Source of the DNA: Gordius albopunctatus
Taxonomy: Eukaryota
Direction: 5' to 3'
Length of the DNA: 64,000 bases
NCBI GenBank assembly: GCA_964276515.1
Contig: OZ193909.1
Coordinates: forward strand, 9,734,001-9,798,000
This document shows, one piece after another, positions 26,301 through 38,700 of the stretch (the first letter of the stretch is position 1; the number at the start of each line of letters is the position of its first letter). The translations under genes and the position numbers were made by a program. Under the pieces are notes generated by a model that was given only the letters and a program-made list of their open reading frames with translations, ran no database searches and was not told the origin of the DNA.

Positions 26301-29035
26301 ATATTCTATCAAAAGGGGGCTGAAAGAATCTTTAAAAGTTAGTAAATATTCTTAGCATCATGTCCTTGTTAGAATCCGTATGATAATTTTTGCACGGGGT
26401 GAGGTTTTAGATTGAGAGAAACTAAACTTTTCGTGTTGCGTTTAGATTGTTTCAAAATCGCTTTCTAAGCGTGTCTCTAGTTTTTGTGAAAAAAACTCTA
26501 TTTGATCGTGATTTAAAGTTAATAATTTTTGAGGACGATCAAAAATTTTTCACTAATTGACCTCTGATATCAAATCTTTCATGACGGCTATATTGTTGAA
26601 CAAAAAAATTGAAAAATTTTTGAAGTCGAAAAAAATATTTATTTTCATATTCTATCAAAAGGGGGCTGAAAGAATCTTTAAAAGTTAGTAAATATTCTTA
26701 GCATCATGTCCTTGTTAGAATCCGTATGATAATTTTTGCACGGGGTGAGGTTTTAGATTGAGAGAAACTAAACTTTTCGTGTTGCGTTTAGATTGTTTCA
26801 AAATCGCTTTCTAAGCGTGTCTCTAGTTTTTGAGAAACAAACTCTATTTGATCGTGATTTAAAGTTAATAATTTTTGAGGACGATCAAAAATTTTTCACT
26901 AATTGACCTCTGATATCAAATCTTTCATGACGGCTATATTGTTGAACAAAAAAATTGAAAAAATTTTGATGTCGAAAAAAATATTTATTTTCCTATTCTT
27001 TCGAAAGGGGGATGAAAAAATCTTTAAAATTTAGAAACTAAACTTTTCGTGTTGCGTTTAGATTGTTTCAAAATCGCTTTCTAAGCGTGTCTCTAGTTTT
27101 TGTGAAACAAACTCTATTTGATCGTGATTTAAAGATAATAATTTTTGAGGACTGATCAAAAAATTTTTCACTAATTGACCTCTGATATCAAAAACTTTCA
27201 TGACGGCTATATTGTTGAACAAAAAAATTGAAAAATTTTTGAAGTCGAAAAAAATATTTATTTTCATATTCTATCAAAAGGGGGCTGAAAGAATCTTTAA
27301 AAGTTAGTAAATATTCTTAGCATCATGTCCTTGTTAGAATCCGTATGATAATTTTTGCACCGGGTGAGGTTTTAGATTGAGAGAAACTAAACTTTTCGTG
27401 TTGCGTTTAGATTGTTTCAAAATCGCTTTCTAACCGTGTCTCTAGTTTTTGAGAAACAAACTCTATTTGATCGTGATTTAAAGTTAATAATTTTTGAGGA
27501 CGATCAAAAATTTTTCACTAATTGACCTCTGATATCAAATCTTTCATGACGGCTATATTGTTGAACAAAAAAATTGAAAAATTTTTGAAGTCGAAAAAAA
27601 TATTTATTTTCATATTCTATCAAAAGGGGGCTGAAAGAATCTTTAAAAGTTAGTAAATATTCTTAGCATCATGTCCTTGTTAGAATCCGTATGATAATTT
27701 TTGCTCGGGGTGAGGTTTTAGATTGAGAGAAACTAAACTTTTCGTGTTGCGTTTAGATTGTTTCAAAATCGCTTTCTAAGCGTGTCTCTAGTTTTTGAGA
27801 AACAAACTCTATTTGATCGTGATTTAAAGTTAATAATTTTTGAGGACGATCAAAAATTTTTCACTAATTGACCTCTGATATCAAATCTTTCATGACGGCT
27901 ATATTGTTGAACAAAAAAATTGAAAAATTTTTGAAGTCGAAAAAAATATTTATTTTCATATTCTATCAAAAGGGGGCTGAAAGAATCTTTAAAAGTTAGT
28001 AAATATTCTTAGCATCATGTCCTTGTTAGAATCCGTATGATAATTTTTGCACCGGGTGAGGTTTTAGATTGAGAGAAACTAAACTTTTCGTGTTGCGTTT
28101 AGATTGTTTCAAAATCGCTTTCTAACCGTGTCTCTAGTTTTTGAGAAACAAACTCTATTTGATCGTGATTTAAAGTTAATAATTTTTGAGGACGATCAAA
28201 AATTTTTCACTAATTGACCTCTGATATCAAATCTTTCATGACGGCTATATTGTTGAACAAAAAAATTGAAAAATTTTTGAAGTCGAAAAAAATATTTATT
28301 TTCATATTCTATCAAAAGGGGGCTGAAAGAATCTTTAAAAGTTAGTAAATATTCTTAGCATCATGTCCTTGTTAGAATCCGTATGATAATTTTTGCACGG
28401 GGTGAGGTTTTAGATTGAGAGAAACTAAACTTTTCGTGTTGCGTTTAGATTGTTTCAAAATCGCTTTCTAAGCGTGTCTCTAGTTTTTGAGAAACAAACT
28501 CTATTTGATCGTGATTTAAAGTTAATAATTTTTGAGGACGATCAAAAATTTTTCACTAATTGACCTCTGATATCAAATCTTTCATGACGGCTATATTGTT
28601 GAACAAAAAAATTGAAAAAATTTTGATGTCGAAAAAAATATTTATTTTCCTATTCTTTCGAAAGGGGGATGAAAAAATCTTTAAAATTTAGAAACTAAAC
28701 TTTTCGTGTTGCGTTTAGATTGTTTCAAAATCGCTTTCTAAGCGTGTCTCTAGTTTTTGAGAAACAAACTCTATTTGATCGTGATTTAAAGTTAATAATT
28801 TTTGAGGACGATCAAAAATTTTTCACTAATTGACCTCTGATATCAAATCTTTCATGACGGCTATATTGTTGAACAAAAAAATTGAAAAATTTTTGAAGTC
28901 GAAAAAAATATTTATTTTCATATTCTATCAAAAGGGGGCTGAAAGAATCTTTAAAAGTTAGTAAATATTCTTAGCATCATGTCCTTGTTAGAATCCGTAT
29001 GATAATTTTTGCACGGGGTGAGGTTTTAGATTGAG

Positions 29036-32000
29036 AGAAACTAAACTTTTCGTGTTGCGTTTAGATTGTTTCAAAATCGCTTTCTAAGCGTGTCTCTAGT
29101 TTTTGAGAAACAAACTCTATTTGATCGTGATTTAAAGTTAATAATTTTTGAGGACGATCAAAAATTTTTCACTAATTGACCTCTGATATCAAATCTTTCA
29201 TGACGGCTATATTGTTGAACAAAAAAATTGAAAAAATTTTGATGTCGAAAAAAATATTTATTTTCCTATTCTTTCGAAAGGGGGATGAAAAAATCTTTAA
29301 AATTTAGAAACTAAACTTTTCGTGTTGCGTTTAGATTGTTTCAAAATCGCTTTCTAAGCGTGTCTCTAGTTTTTGTGAAACAAACTCTATTTGATCGTGA
29401 TTTAAAGTTAATAATTTTTGAGGACGATCAAAAATTTTTCACTAATTGACCTCTGATATCAAATCTTTCATGACGGCTATATTGTTGAACAAAAAAATTG
29501 AAAAATTTTTGAAGTCGAAAAAAATATTTATTTTCATATTCTATCAAAAGGGGGCTGAAAGAATCTTTAAAAGTTAGTAAATATTCTTAGCATCATGTCC
29601 TTGTTAGAATCCGTATGATAATTTTTGCACGGGGTGAGGTTTTAGATTGAGAGAAACTAAACTTTTCGTGTTGCGTTTAGATTGTTTCAAAATCGCTTTC
29701 TAAGCGTGTCTCTAGTTTTTGAGAAACAAACTCTATTTGATCGTGATTTAAAGTTAATAATTTTTGAGGACGATCAAAAATTTTTCACTAATTGACCTCT
29801 GATATCAAAAACTTTCATGACGGCTATATTGTTGAACAAAAAAATTGAAAAATTTTTGAAGTCGAAAAAAATATTTATTTTCATATTCTATCAAAAGGGG
29901 GCTGAAAGAATCTTTAAAAGTTAGTAAATATTCTTAGCATCATGTCCTTGTTAGAATCCGTATGATAATTTTTGCACGGGGTGAGGTTTTAGATTGAGAG
30001 AAACTAAACTTTTCGTGTTGCGTTTAGATTGTTTCAAAATCGCTTTCTAAGCGTGTCTCTAGTTTTTGAGAAACAAACTCTATTTGATCGTGATTTAAAG
30101 TTAATAATTTTTGAGGACGATCAAAAATTTTTCACTAATTGACCTCTGATATCAAATCTTTCATGACGGCTATATTGTTGAACAAAAAAATTGAAAAATT
30201 TTTGAAGTCGAAAAAAATATTTATTTTCATATTCTATCAAAAGGGGGCTGAAAGAATCTTTAAAAGTTAGTAAATATTCTTAGCATCATGTCCTTGTTAG
30301 AATCCGTATGATAATTTTTGCACGGGGTGAGGTTTTAGATTGAGAGAAACTAAACTTTTCGTGTTGCGTTTAGATTGTTTCAAAATCGCTTTCTAAGCGT
30401 GTCTCTAGTTTTTGAGAAACAAACTCTATTTGATCGTGATTTAAAGTTAATAATTTTTGAGGACGATAAAAAATTTTTCACTAATTGACCTCTGATATCA
30501 AATCTTTCATGACGGCTATATTGTTGAACAAAAAAATTGAAAAAATTTTGATGTCGAAAAAAATATTTATTTTCCTATTCTTTCGAAAGGGGGATGAAAA
30601 AATCTTTAAAATTTAGAAACTAAACTTTTCGTGTTGCGTTTAGATTGTTTCAAAATCGCTTTCTAAGCGTGTCTCTAGTTTTTGTGAAACAAACTCTATT
30701 TGATCGTGATTTAAAGATAATAATTTTTGAGGACTGATCAAAAAATTTTTCACTAATTGACCTCTGATATCAAAAACTTTCATGACGGCTATATTGTTGA
30801 ACAAAAAAATTGAAAAATTTTTGAAGTCGAAAAAAATATTTATTTTCATATTCTATCAAAAGGGGGCTGAAAGAATCTTTAAAAGTTAGTAAATATTCTT
30901 AGCATCATGTCCTTGTTAGAATCCGTATGATAATTTTTGCACCGGGTGAGGTTTTAGATTGAGAGAAACTAAACTTTTCGTGTTGCGTTTAGATTGTTTC
31001 AAAATCGCTTTCTAACCGTGTCTCTAGTTTTTGAGAAACAAACTCTATTTGATCGTGATTTAAAGTTAATAATTTTTGAGGACGATCAAAAATTTTTCAC
31101 TAATTGACATCTGATATCAAATCTTTCATGACGGCTATATTGTTGAACAAAAAAATTGAAAAATTTTTGAAGTCGAAAAAAATATTTATTTTCATATTCT
31201 ATCAAAAGGGGGCTGAAAGAATCTTTAAAAGTTATTAAATATTCTTAGCATCATGTCCTTGTTAGAATCCGTATGATAATTTTTGCACGGGGTGAGGTTT
31301 TAGATTGAGAGAAACTAAACTTTTCGTGTTGCGTTTAGATTGTTTCAAAATCGCTTTCTAAGCGTGTCTCTAGTTTTTGAGAAACAAACTCTATTTGATC
31401 GTGATTTAAAGTTAATAATTTTTGAGGACGATCAAAAATTTTTCACTAATTGACCTCTGATATCAAATCTTTCATGACGGCTATATTGTTGAACAAAAAA
31501 ATTGAAAAAATTTTGATGTCGAAAAAAATATTTATTTTCCTATTCTTTCGAAAGGGGGATGAAAAAATCTTTAAAATTTAGAAACTAAACTTTTCGTGTT
31601 GCGTTTAGATTGTTTCAAAATCGCTTTCTAAGCGTGTCTCTAGTTTTTGTGAAACAAACTCTATTTGATCGTGATTTAAAGTTAATAATTTTTGAGGACG
31701 ATCAAAAATTTTTCACTAATTGACCTCTGATATCAAATCTTTCATGACGGCTATATTGTTGAACAAAAAAATTGAAAAATTTTTGAAGTCGAAAAAAATA
31801 TTTATTTTCATATTCTATCAAAAGGGGGCTGAAAGAATCTTTAAAAGTTAGTAAATATTCTTAGCATCATGTCCTTGTTAGAATCCGTATGATAATTTTT
31901 GCACGGGGTGAGGTTTTAGATTGAGAGAAACTAAACTTTTGGTGTTGCGTTTAGATTGTTTCAAAATCGCTTTCTAAGCGTGTCTCTAGTTTTTGAGAAA

Positions 32001-35000
32001 CAAACTCTATTTGATCGTGATTTAAAGTTAATAATTTTTGAGGACGATCAAAAATTTTTCACTAATTGACCTCTGATATCAAAAACTTTCATGACGGCTA
32101 TATTGTTGAACAAAAAAATTGAAAAATTTTTGAAGTCGAAAAAAATATTTATTTTCATATTCTATCAAAAGGGGGCTGAAAGAATCTTTAAAAGTTAGTA
32201 AATATTCTTAGCATCATGTCCTTGTTAGAATCCGTATGATAATTTTTGCACGGGGTGAGGTTTTAGATTGAGAGAAACTAAACTTTTCGTGTTGCGTTTA
32301 GATTGTTTCAAAATCGCTTTCTAAGCGTGTCTCTAGTTTTTGAGAAACAAACTCTATTTGATCGTGATTTAAAGTTAATAATTTTTGAGGACGATCAAAA
32401 ATTTTTCACTAATTGACCTCTGATATCAAATCTTTCATGACGGCTATATTGTTGAACAAAAAAATTGAAAAAATTTTGATGTCGAAAAAAATATTTATTT
32501 TCCTATTCTTTCGAAAGGGGGATGAAAAAATCTTTAAAATTTAGAAACTAAACTTTTCGTGTTGCGTTTAGATTGTTTCAAAATCGCTTTCTAAGCGTGT
32601 CTCTAGTTTTTGTGAAACAAACTCTATTTGATCGTGATTTAAAGTTAATAATTTTTGAGGACGATCAAAAATTTTTCACTAATTGACCTCTGATATCAAA
32701 TCTTTCATGACGGCTATATTGTTGAACAAAAAAATTGAAAAATTTTTGAAGTCGAAAAAAATATTTATTTTCATATTCTATCAAAAGGGGGCTGAAAGAA
32801 TCTTTAAAAGTTAGTAAATATTCTTAGCATCATGTCCTTGTTAGAATCCGTATGATAATTTTTGCACGGGGTGAGGTTTTAGATTGAGAGAAACTAAACT
32901 TTTCGTGTTGCGTTTAGATTGTTTCAAAATCGCTTTCTAAGCGTGTCTCTAGTTTTTGAGAAACAAACTCTATTTGATCGTGATTTAAAGTTAATAATTT
33001 TTGAGGACGATCAAAAATTTTTCACTAATTGACCTCTGATATCAAAAACTTTCATGACGGCTATATTGTTGAACAAAAAAATTGAAAAATTTTTGAAGTC
33101 GAAAAAAATATTTATTTTCATATTCTATCAAAAGGGGGCTGAAAGAATCTTTAAAAGTTAGTAAATATTCTTAGCATCATGTCCTTGTTAGAATCCGTAT
33201 GATAATTTTTGCACGGGGTGAGGTTTTAGATTGAGAGAAACTAAACTTTTCGTGTTGCGTTTAGATTGTTTCAAAATCGCTTTCTAAGCGTGTCTCTAGT
33301 TTTTGAGAAACAAACTCTATTTGATCGTGATTTAAAGTTAATAATTTTTGAGGACGATCAAAAATTTTTCACTAATTGACCTCTGATATCAAATCTTTCA
33401 TGACGGCTATATTGTTGAACAAAAAAATTGAAAAATTTTTGAAGTCGAAAAAAATATTTATTTTCATATTCTATCAAAAGGGGGCTGAAAGAATCTTTAA
33501 AAGTTAGTAAATATTCTTAGCATCATGTCCTTGTTAGAATCCGTATGATAATTTTTGCACGGGGTGAGGTTTTAGATTGAGAGAAACTAAACTTTTCGTG
33601 TTGCGTTTAGATTGTTTCAAAATCGCTTTCTAAGCGTGTCTCTAGTTTTTGAGAAACAAACTCTATTTGATCGTGATTTAAAGTTAATAATTTTTGAGGA
33701 CGATAAAAAATTTTTCACTAATTGACCTCTGATATCAAATCTTTCATGACGGCTATATTGTTGAACAAAAAAATTGAAAAAATTTTGATGTCGAAAAAAA
33801 TATTTATTTTCCTATTCTTTCGAAAGGGGGATGAAAAAATCTTTAAAATTTAGAAACTAAACTTTTCGTGTTGCGTTTAGATTGTTTCAAAATCGCTTTC
33901 TAAGCGTGTCTCTAGTTTTTGTGAAACAAACTCTATTTGATCGTGATTTAAAGATAATAATTTTTGAGGACTGATCAAAAAATTTTTCACTAATTGACCT
34001 CTGATATCAAAAACTTTCATGACGGCTATATTGTTGAACAAAAAAATTGAAAAATTTTTGAAGTCGAAAAAAATATTTATTTTCATATTCTATCAAAAGG
34101 GGGCTGAAAGAATCTTTAAAAGTTAGTAAATATTCTTAGCATCATGTCCTTGTTAGAATCCGTATGATAATTTTTGCACCGGGTGAGGTTTTAGATTGAG
34201 AGAAACTAAACTTTTCGTGTTGCGTTTAGATTGTTTCAAAATCGCTTTCTAACCGTGTCTCTAGTTTTTGAGAAACAAACTCTATTTGATCGTGATTTAA
34301 AGTTAATAATTTTTGAGGACGATCAAAAATTTTTCACTAATTGACATCTGATATCAAATCTTTCATGACGGCTATATTGTTGAACAAAAAAATTGAAAAA
34401 TTTTTGAAGTCGAAAAAAATATTTATTTTCATATTCTATCAAAAGGGGGCTGAAAGAATCTTTAAAAGTTATTAAATATTCTTAGCATCATGTCCTTGTT
34501 AGAATCCGTATGATAATTTTTGCACGGGGTGAGGTTTTAGATTGAGAGAAACTAAACTTTTCGTGTTGCGTTTAGATTGTTTCAAAATCGCTTTCTAAGC
34601 GTGTCTCTAGTTTTTGAGAAACAAACTCTATTTGATCGTGATTTAAAGTTAATAATTTTTGAGGACGATCAAAAATTTTTCACTAATTGACCTCTGATAT
34701 CAAATCTTTCATGACGGCTATATTGTTGAACAAAAAAATTGAAAAAATTTTGATGTCGAAAAAAATATTTATTTTCCTATTCTTTCGAAAGGGGGATGAA
34801 AAAATCTTTAAAATTTAGAAACTAAACTTTTCGTGTTGCGTTTAGATTGTTTCAAAATCGCTTTCTAAGCGTGTCTCTAGTTTTTGTGAAACAAACTCTA
34901 TTTGATCGTGATTTAAAGTTAATAATTTTTGAGGACGATCAAAAATTTTTCACTAATTGACCTCTGATATCAAATCTTTCATGACGGCTATATTGTTGAA

Positions 35001-35700
35001 CAAAAAAATTGAAAAATTTTTGAAGTCGAAAAAAATATTTATTTTCATATTCTATCAAAAGGGGGCTGAAAGAATCTTTAAAAGTTAGTAAATATTCTTA
35101 GCATCATGTCCTTGTTAGAATCCGTATGATAATTTTTGCACGGGGTGAGGTTTTAGATTGAGAGAAACTAAACTTTTGGTGTTGCGTTTAGATTGTTTCA
35201 AAATCGCTTTCTAAGCGTGTCTCTAGTTTTTGAGAAACAAACTCTATTTGATCGTGATTTAAAGTTAATAATTTTTGAGGACGATCAAAAATTTTTCACT
35301 AATTGACCTCTGATATCAAAAACTTTCATGACGGCTATATTGTTGAACAAAAAAATTGAAAAATTTTTGAAGTCGAAAAAAATATTTATTTTCATATTCT
35401 ATCAAAAGGGGGCTGAAAGAATCTTTAAAAGTTAGTAAATATTCTTAGCATCATGTCCTTGTTAGAATCCGTATGATAATTTTTGCACGGGGTGAGGTTT
35501 TAGATTGAGAGAAACTAAACTTTTCGTGTTGCGTTTAGATTGTTTCAAAATCGCTTTCTAAGCGTGTCTCTAGTTTTTGAGAAACAAACTCTATTTGATC
35601 GTGATTTAAAGTTAATAATTTTTGAGGACGATCAAAAATTTTTCACTAATTGACCTCTGATATCAAATCTTTCATGACGGCTATATTGTTGAACAAAAAA
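29036..35700 (+). repeat. 3237-bp 10-mer (7L+3S) tandem duplication
   Basis: Rare SNPs repeat at a 3237 offset: GACGATAAAA 30468/33705, GACATC 31109/34346, GTTATTAAAT 31235/34472, TTTTGGTG 31941/35178. Confidence 0.9.
33236..33581 (+). repeat. Representative long (L) monomer, 346 bp
   Basis: Runs from AGAAACTAAAC at 33236 to the next copy at 33582. It contains the L tail GAAGTCG...TTTTCATATTCTATCAAAAGGGGGCTGAAAGAATCTTTAAAAGTTAG plus the 76-bp segment. Confidence 0.95.
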
Positions 35701-38700
35701 ATTGAAAAATTTTTGAAGTCGAAAAAAATATTTATTTTCATATTCTATCAAAAGGGGGCTGAAAGAATCTTTAAAAGTTAGTAAATATTCTTAGCATCAT
35801 GTCCTTGTTAGAATCCGTATGATAATTTTTGCACGGGGTGAGGTTTTAGATTGAGAGAAACTAAACTTTTCGTGTTGCGTTTAGATTGTTTCAAAATCGC
35901 TTTCTAAGCGTGTCTCTAGTTTTTGAGAAACAAACTCTATTTGATCGTGATTTAAAGTTAATAATTTTTGAGGACGATCAAAAATTTTTCACTAATTGAC
36001 CTCTGATATCAAATCTTTCATGACGGCTATATTGTTGAACAAAAAAATTGAAAAAATTTTGATGTCGAAAAAAATATTTATTTTCCTATTCTTTCGAAAG
36101 GGGGATGAAAAAATCTTTAAAATTAAGAAACTAAACTTTTCGGGTTGCGTTTAGATTGTTTCAAAATCGCTTTCTAAGCGTGTCTCTAGTTTTTGTGAAA
36201 CAAACTCTATTTGATCGTGATTTAAAGTTAATAATTTTTGAGGACTGATCAAAAAATTTTTCACTAATTGACCTCTGATATCAAATCTTTCATGACGGCT
36301 ATATTGTTGAACAAAAAAATTGAAAAAATTTTGATGTCGAAAAAAATATTTATTTTCATATTCTATCAAAAGGGGGCTGAAAGAATCTTTAAAAGTTAGT
36401 AAATATTCTTAGCATCATGTCTTGTTAGAATCCGTATGATAATTTTTGCACGGGGTGAGGTTTTAGATTGAGAGAAACTAAACTTTTCGTGTTGCGTTTA
36501 GATTGTTTCAAAATCGCTTTCTAAGCGTGTCTCTAGTTTTTGTGAAACAAACTCTATTTGATCGTGATTTAAAGTTAATAATTTTTGAGGACTGATCAAA
36601 AAATTTTTCACTAATTGACCTCTGATATCAAAAACTTTCATGACGGCTATATTGTTGAACAAAAAAATTTCAAAAAATTTTGATGTCGAAAAAAATATTT
36701 ATTTTCCTATTCTTTCGAAAGGGGGATGAAAAAATCTTTAAAATTTAGAAACTAAACTTTTCGGGTTGCGTTTAGATTGTTTCAAAATCGCTTTCTAAGC
36801 GTGTCTCTAGTTTTTGTGAAACAAACTCTATTTGATCGTGATTTAAAGTTAATAATTTTTGAGGACTGATCAAAAAATTTTTCACTAATTGACCTCTGAT
36901 ATCAAAAACTTTCATGACGGCTATATTGTTGAACAAAAAAATTGAAAAATTTTTGAAGTCGAAAAAAATATTTATTTTCATATTCTATCAAAAGGGGGCT
37001 GAAAGAATCTTTAAAAGTTAGTAAATATTCTTAGCATCATGTCCTTGTTAGAATCCGTATGATAATTTTTGAACGGAGTGAGGTTTTAGATTGAGAGAAA
37101 CTAAACTTTTCGTGTTGCGTTTAGATTGTTTCAAAATCGCTTTCTAAGCGTGTCTCTAGTTTTTGAGAAACAAACTCTATTTGATCGTGATTTAAAGTTA
37201 ATAATTTTTGAGGACGATCAAAAAATTTTCACTAATTGACCTCTGATATCAAAAACTTTCATGACGGCTATATTGTTGAACAAAAAAATTGAAAAAATTT
37301 TGATGTCGAAAAAAATATTTATTTTCCTATTCTTTCGAAAGGGGGATGAAAAAATCTTTAAAATTTAGAAACTAAACTTTTCGTGTTGCGTTTAGATTGT
37401 TTCAAAATCGCTTTCTAAGCGTGTCTCTAGTTTTTGAGAAATAAACTCTATGTGATCGTGATTTAAAGTTAATAATTTTTGAGGACTGATCAAAAAAAGT
37501 TTTCACTAATTGACCTCTGATATCATAAACTTTCATGACGGCTATATTGTTGAACAAAAAAATTGAAAAAATTTTGATGTCGAAAAAAATATTTATTTTC
37601 ATATTCTATCGAAAGGGTGCTGAAAGAATCTTTAAAATTTAGAAACTAAACTTTTCGTGTTGCGTTTAGATTGTTTCAAAATAGCTTTCTAAGCGTGTCT
37701 CTAGTTTTTGCGAAACAAACTCTATTTGATCGTGATTTAAAGTTAATAATTTTTGAGGACGATCAAAAATTTTTCACTAATTGACCTCTGATATCAAATC
37801 TTTCATGACGGCTATATTGTTGAACAAAAAAATTGAAAAAATTTTGATGTCGAAAAAAATATTTATTTTCCTATTCTTTCGAAAGGGGGATGAAAAAATC
37901 TTTAAAATTAAGAAACTAAACTTTTCGTGTTGCGTTTAGATTGTTTCAAAATCGCTTTCTAAGCGTGTCTCTAGTTTTTGTGAAAAAAACTCTATTTGAT
38001 CGTGATTTAAAGTTAATAATTTTTGAGGACGATCAAAAATTTTTCACTAATTGACCTCTGATATCAAATCTTTCATGACGGCTATATTGTTGAACAAAAA
38101 AATTGAAAAATTTTTGAAGTCGAAAAAAATATTTATTTTCATATTCTATCAAAAGGGGGCTGAAAGAATCTTTAAAAGTTAGTAAATATTCTTAGCATCA
38201 TGTCCTTGTTAGAATCCGTATGATAATTTTTGCACGGGGTGAGGTTTTAGATTGAGAGAAACTAAACTTTTCGTGTTGCGTTTAGATTGTTTCAAAATCG
38301 CTTTCTAAGCGTGTCTCTAGTTTTTGAGAAACAAACTCTATTTGATCGTGATTTAAAGTTAATAATTTTTGAGGACGATCAAAAATTTTTCACTAATTGA
38401 CCTCTGATATCAAATCTTTCATGACGGCTATATTGTTGAACAAAAAAATTGAAAAAATTTTGATGTCGAAAAAAATATTTATTTTCCTATTCTTTCGAAA
38501 GGGGGATGAAAAAATCTTTAAAATTTAGAAACTAAACTTTTCGTGTTGCGTTCAGATTGTTTCAAAATCGCTTTCTAAGCGTGTCTCTAGTTTTTGTGAA
38601 ACAAACTCTATTTGATCGTGATTTAAAGATAATAATTTTTGAGGACTGATCAAAAAATTTTTCACTAATTGACCTCTGATATCAAAAACTTTCATGACGG

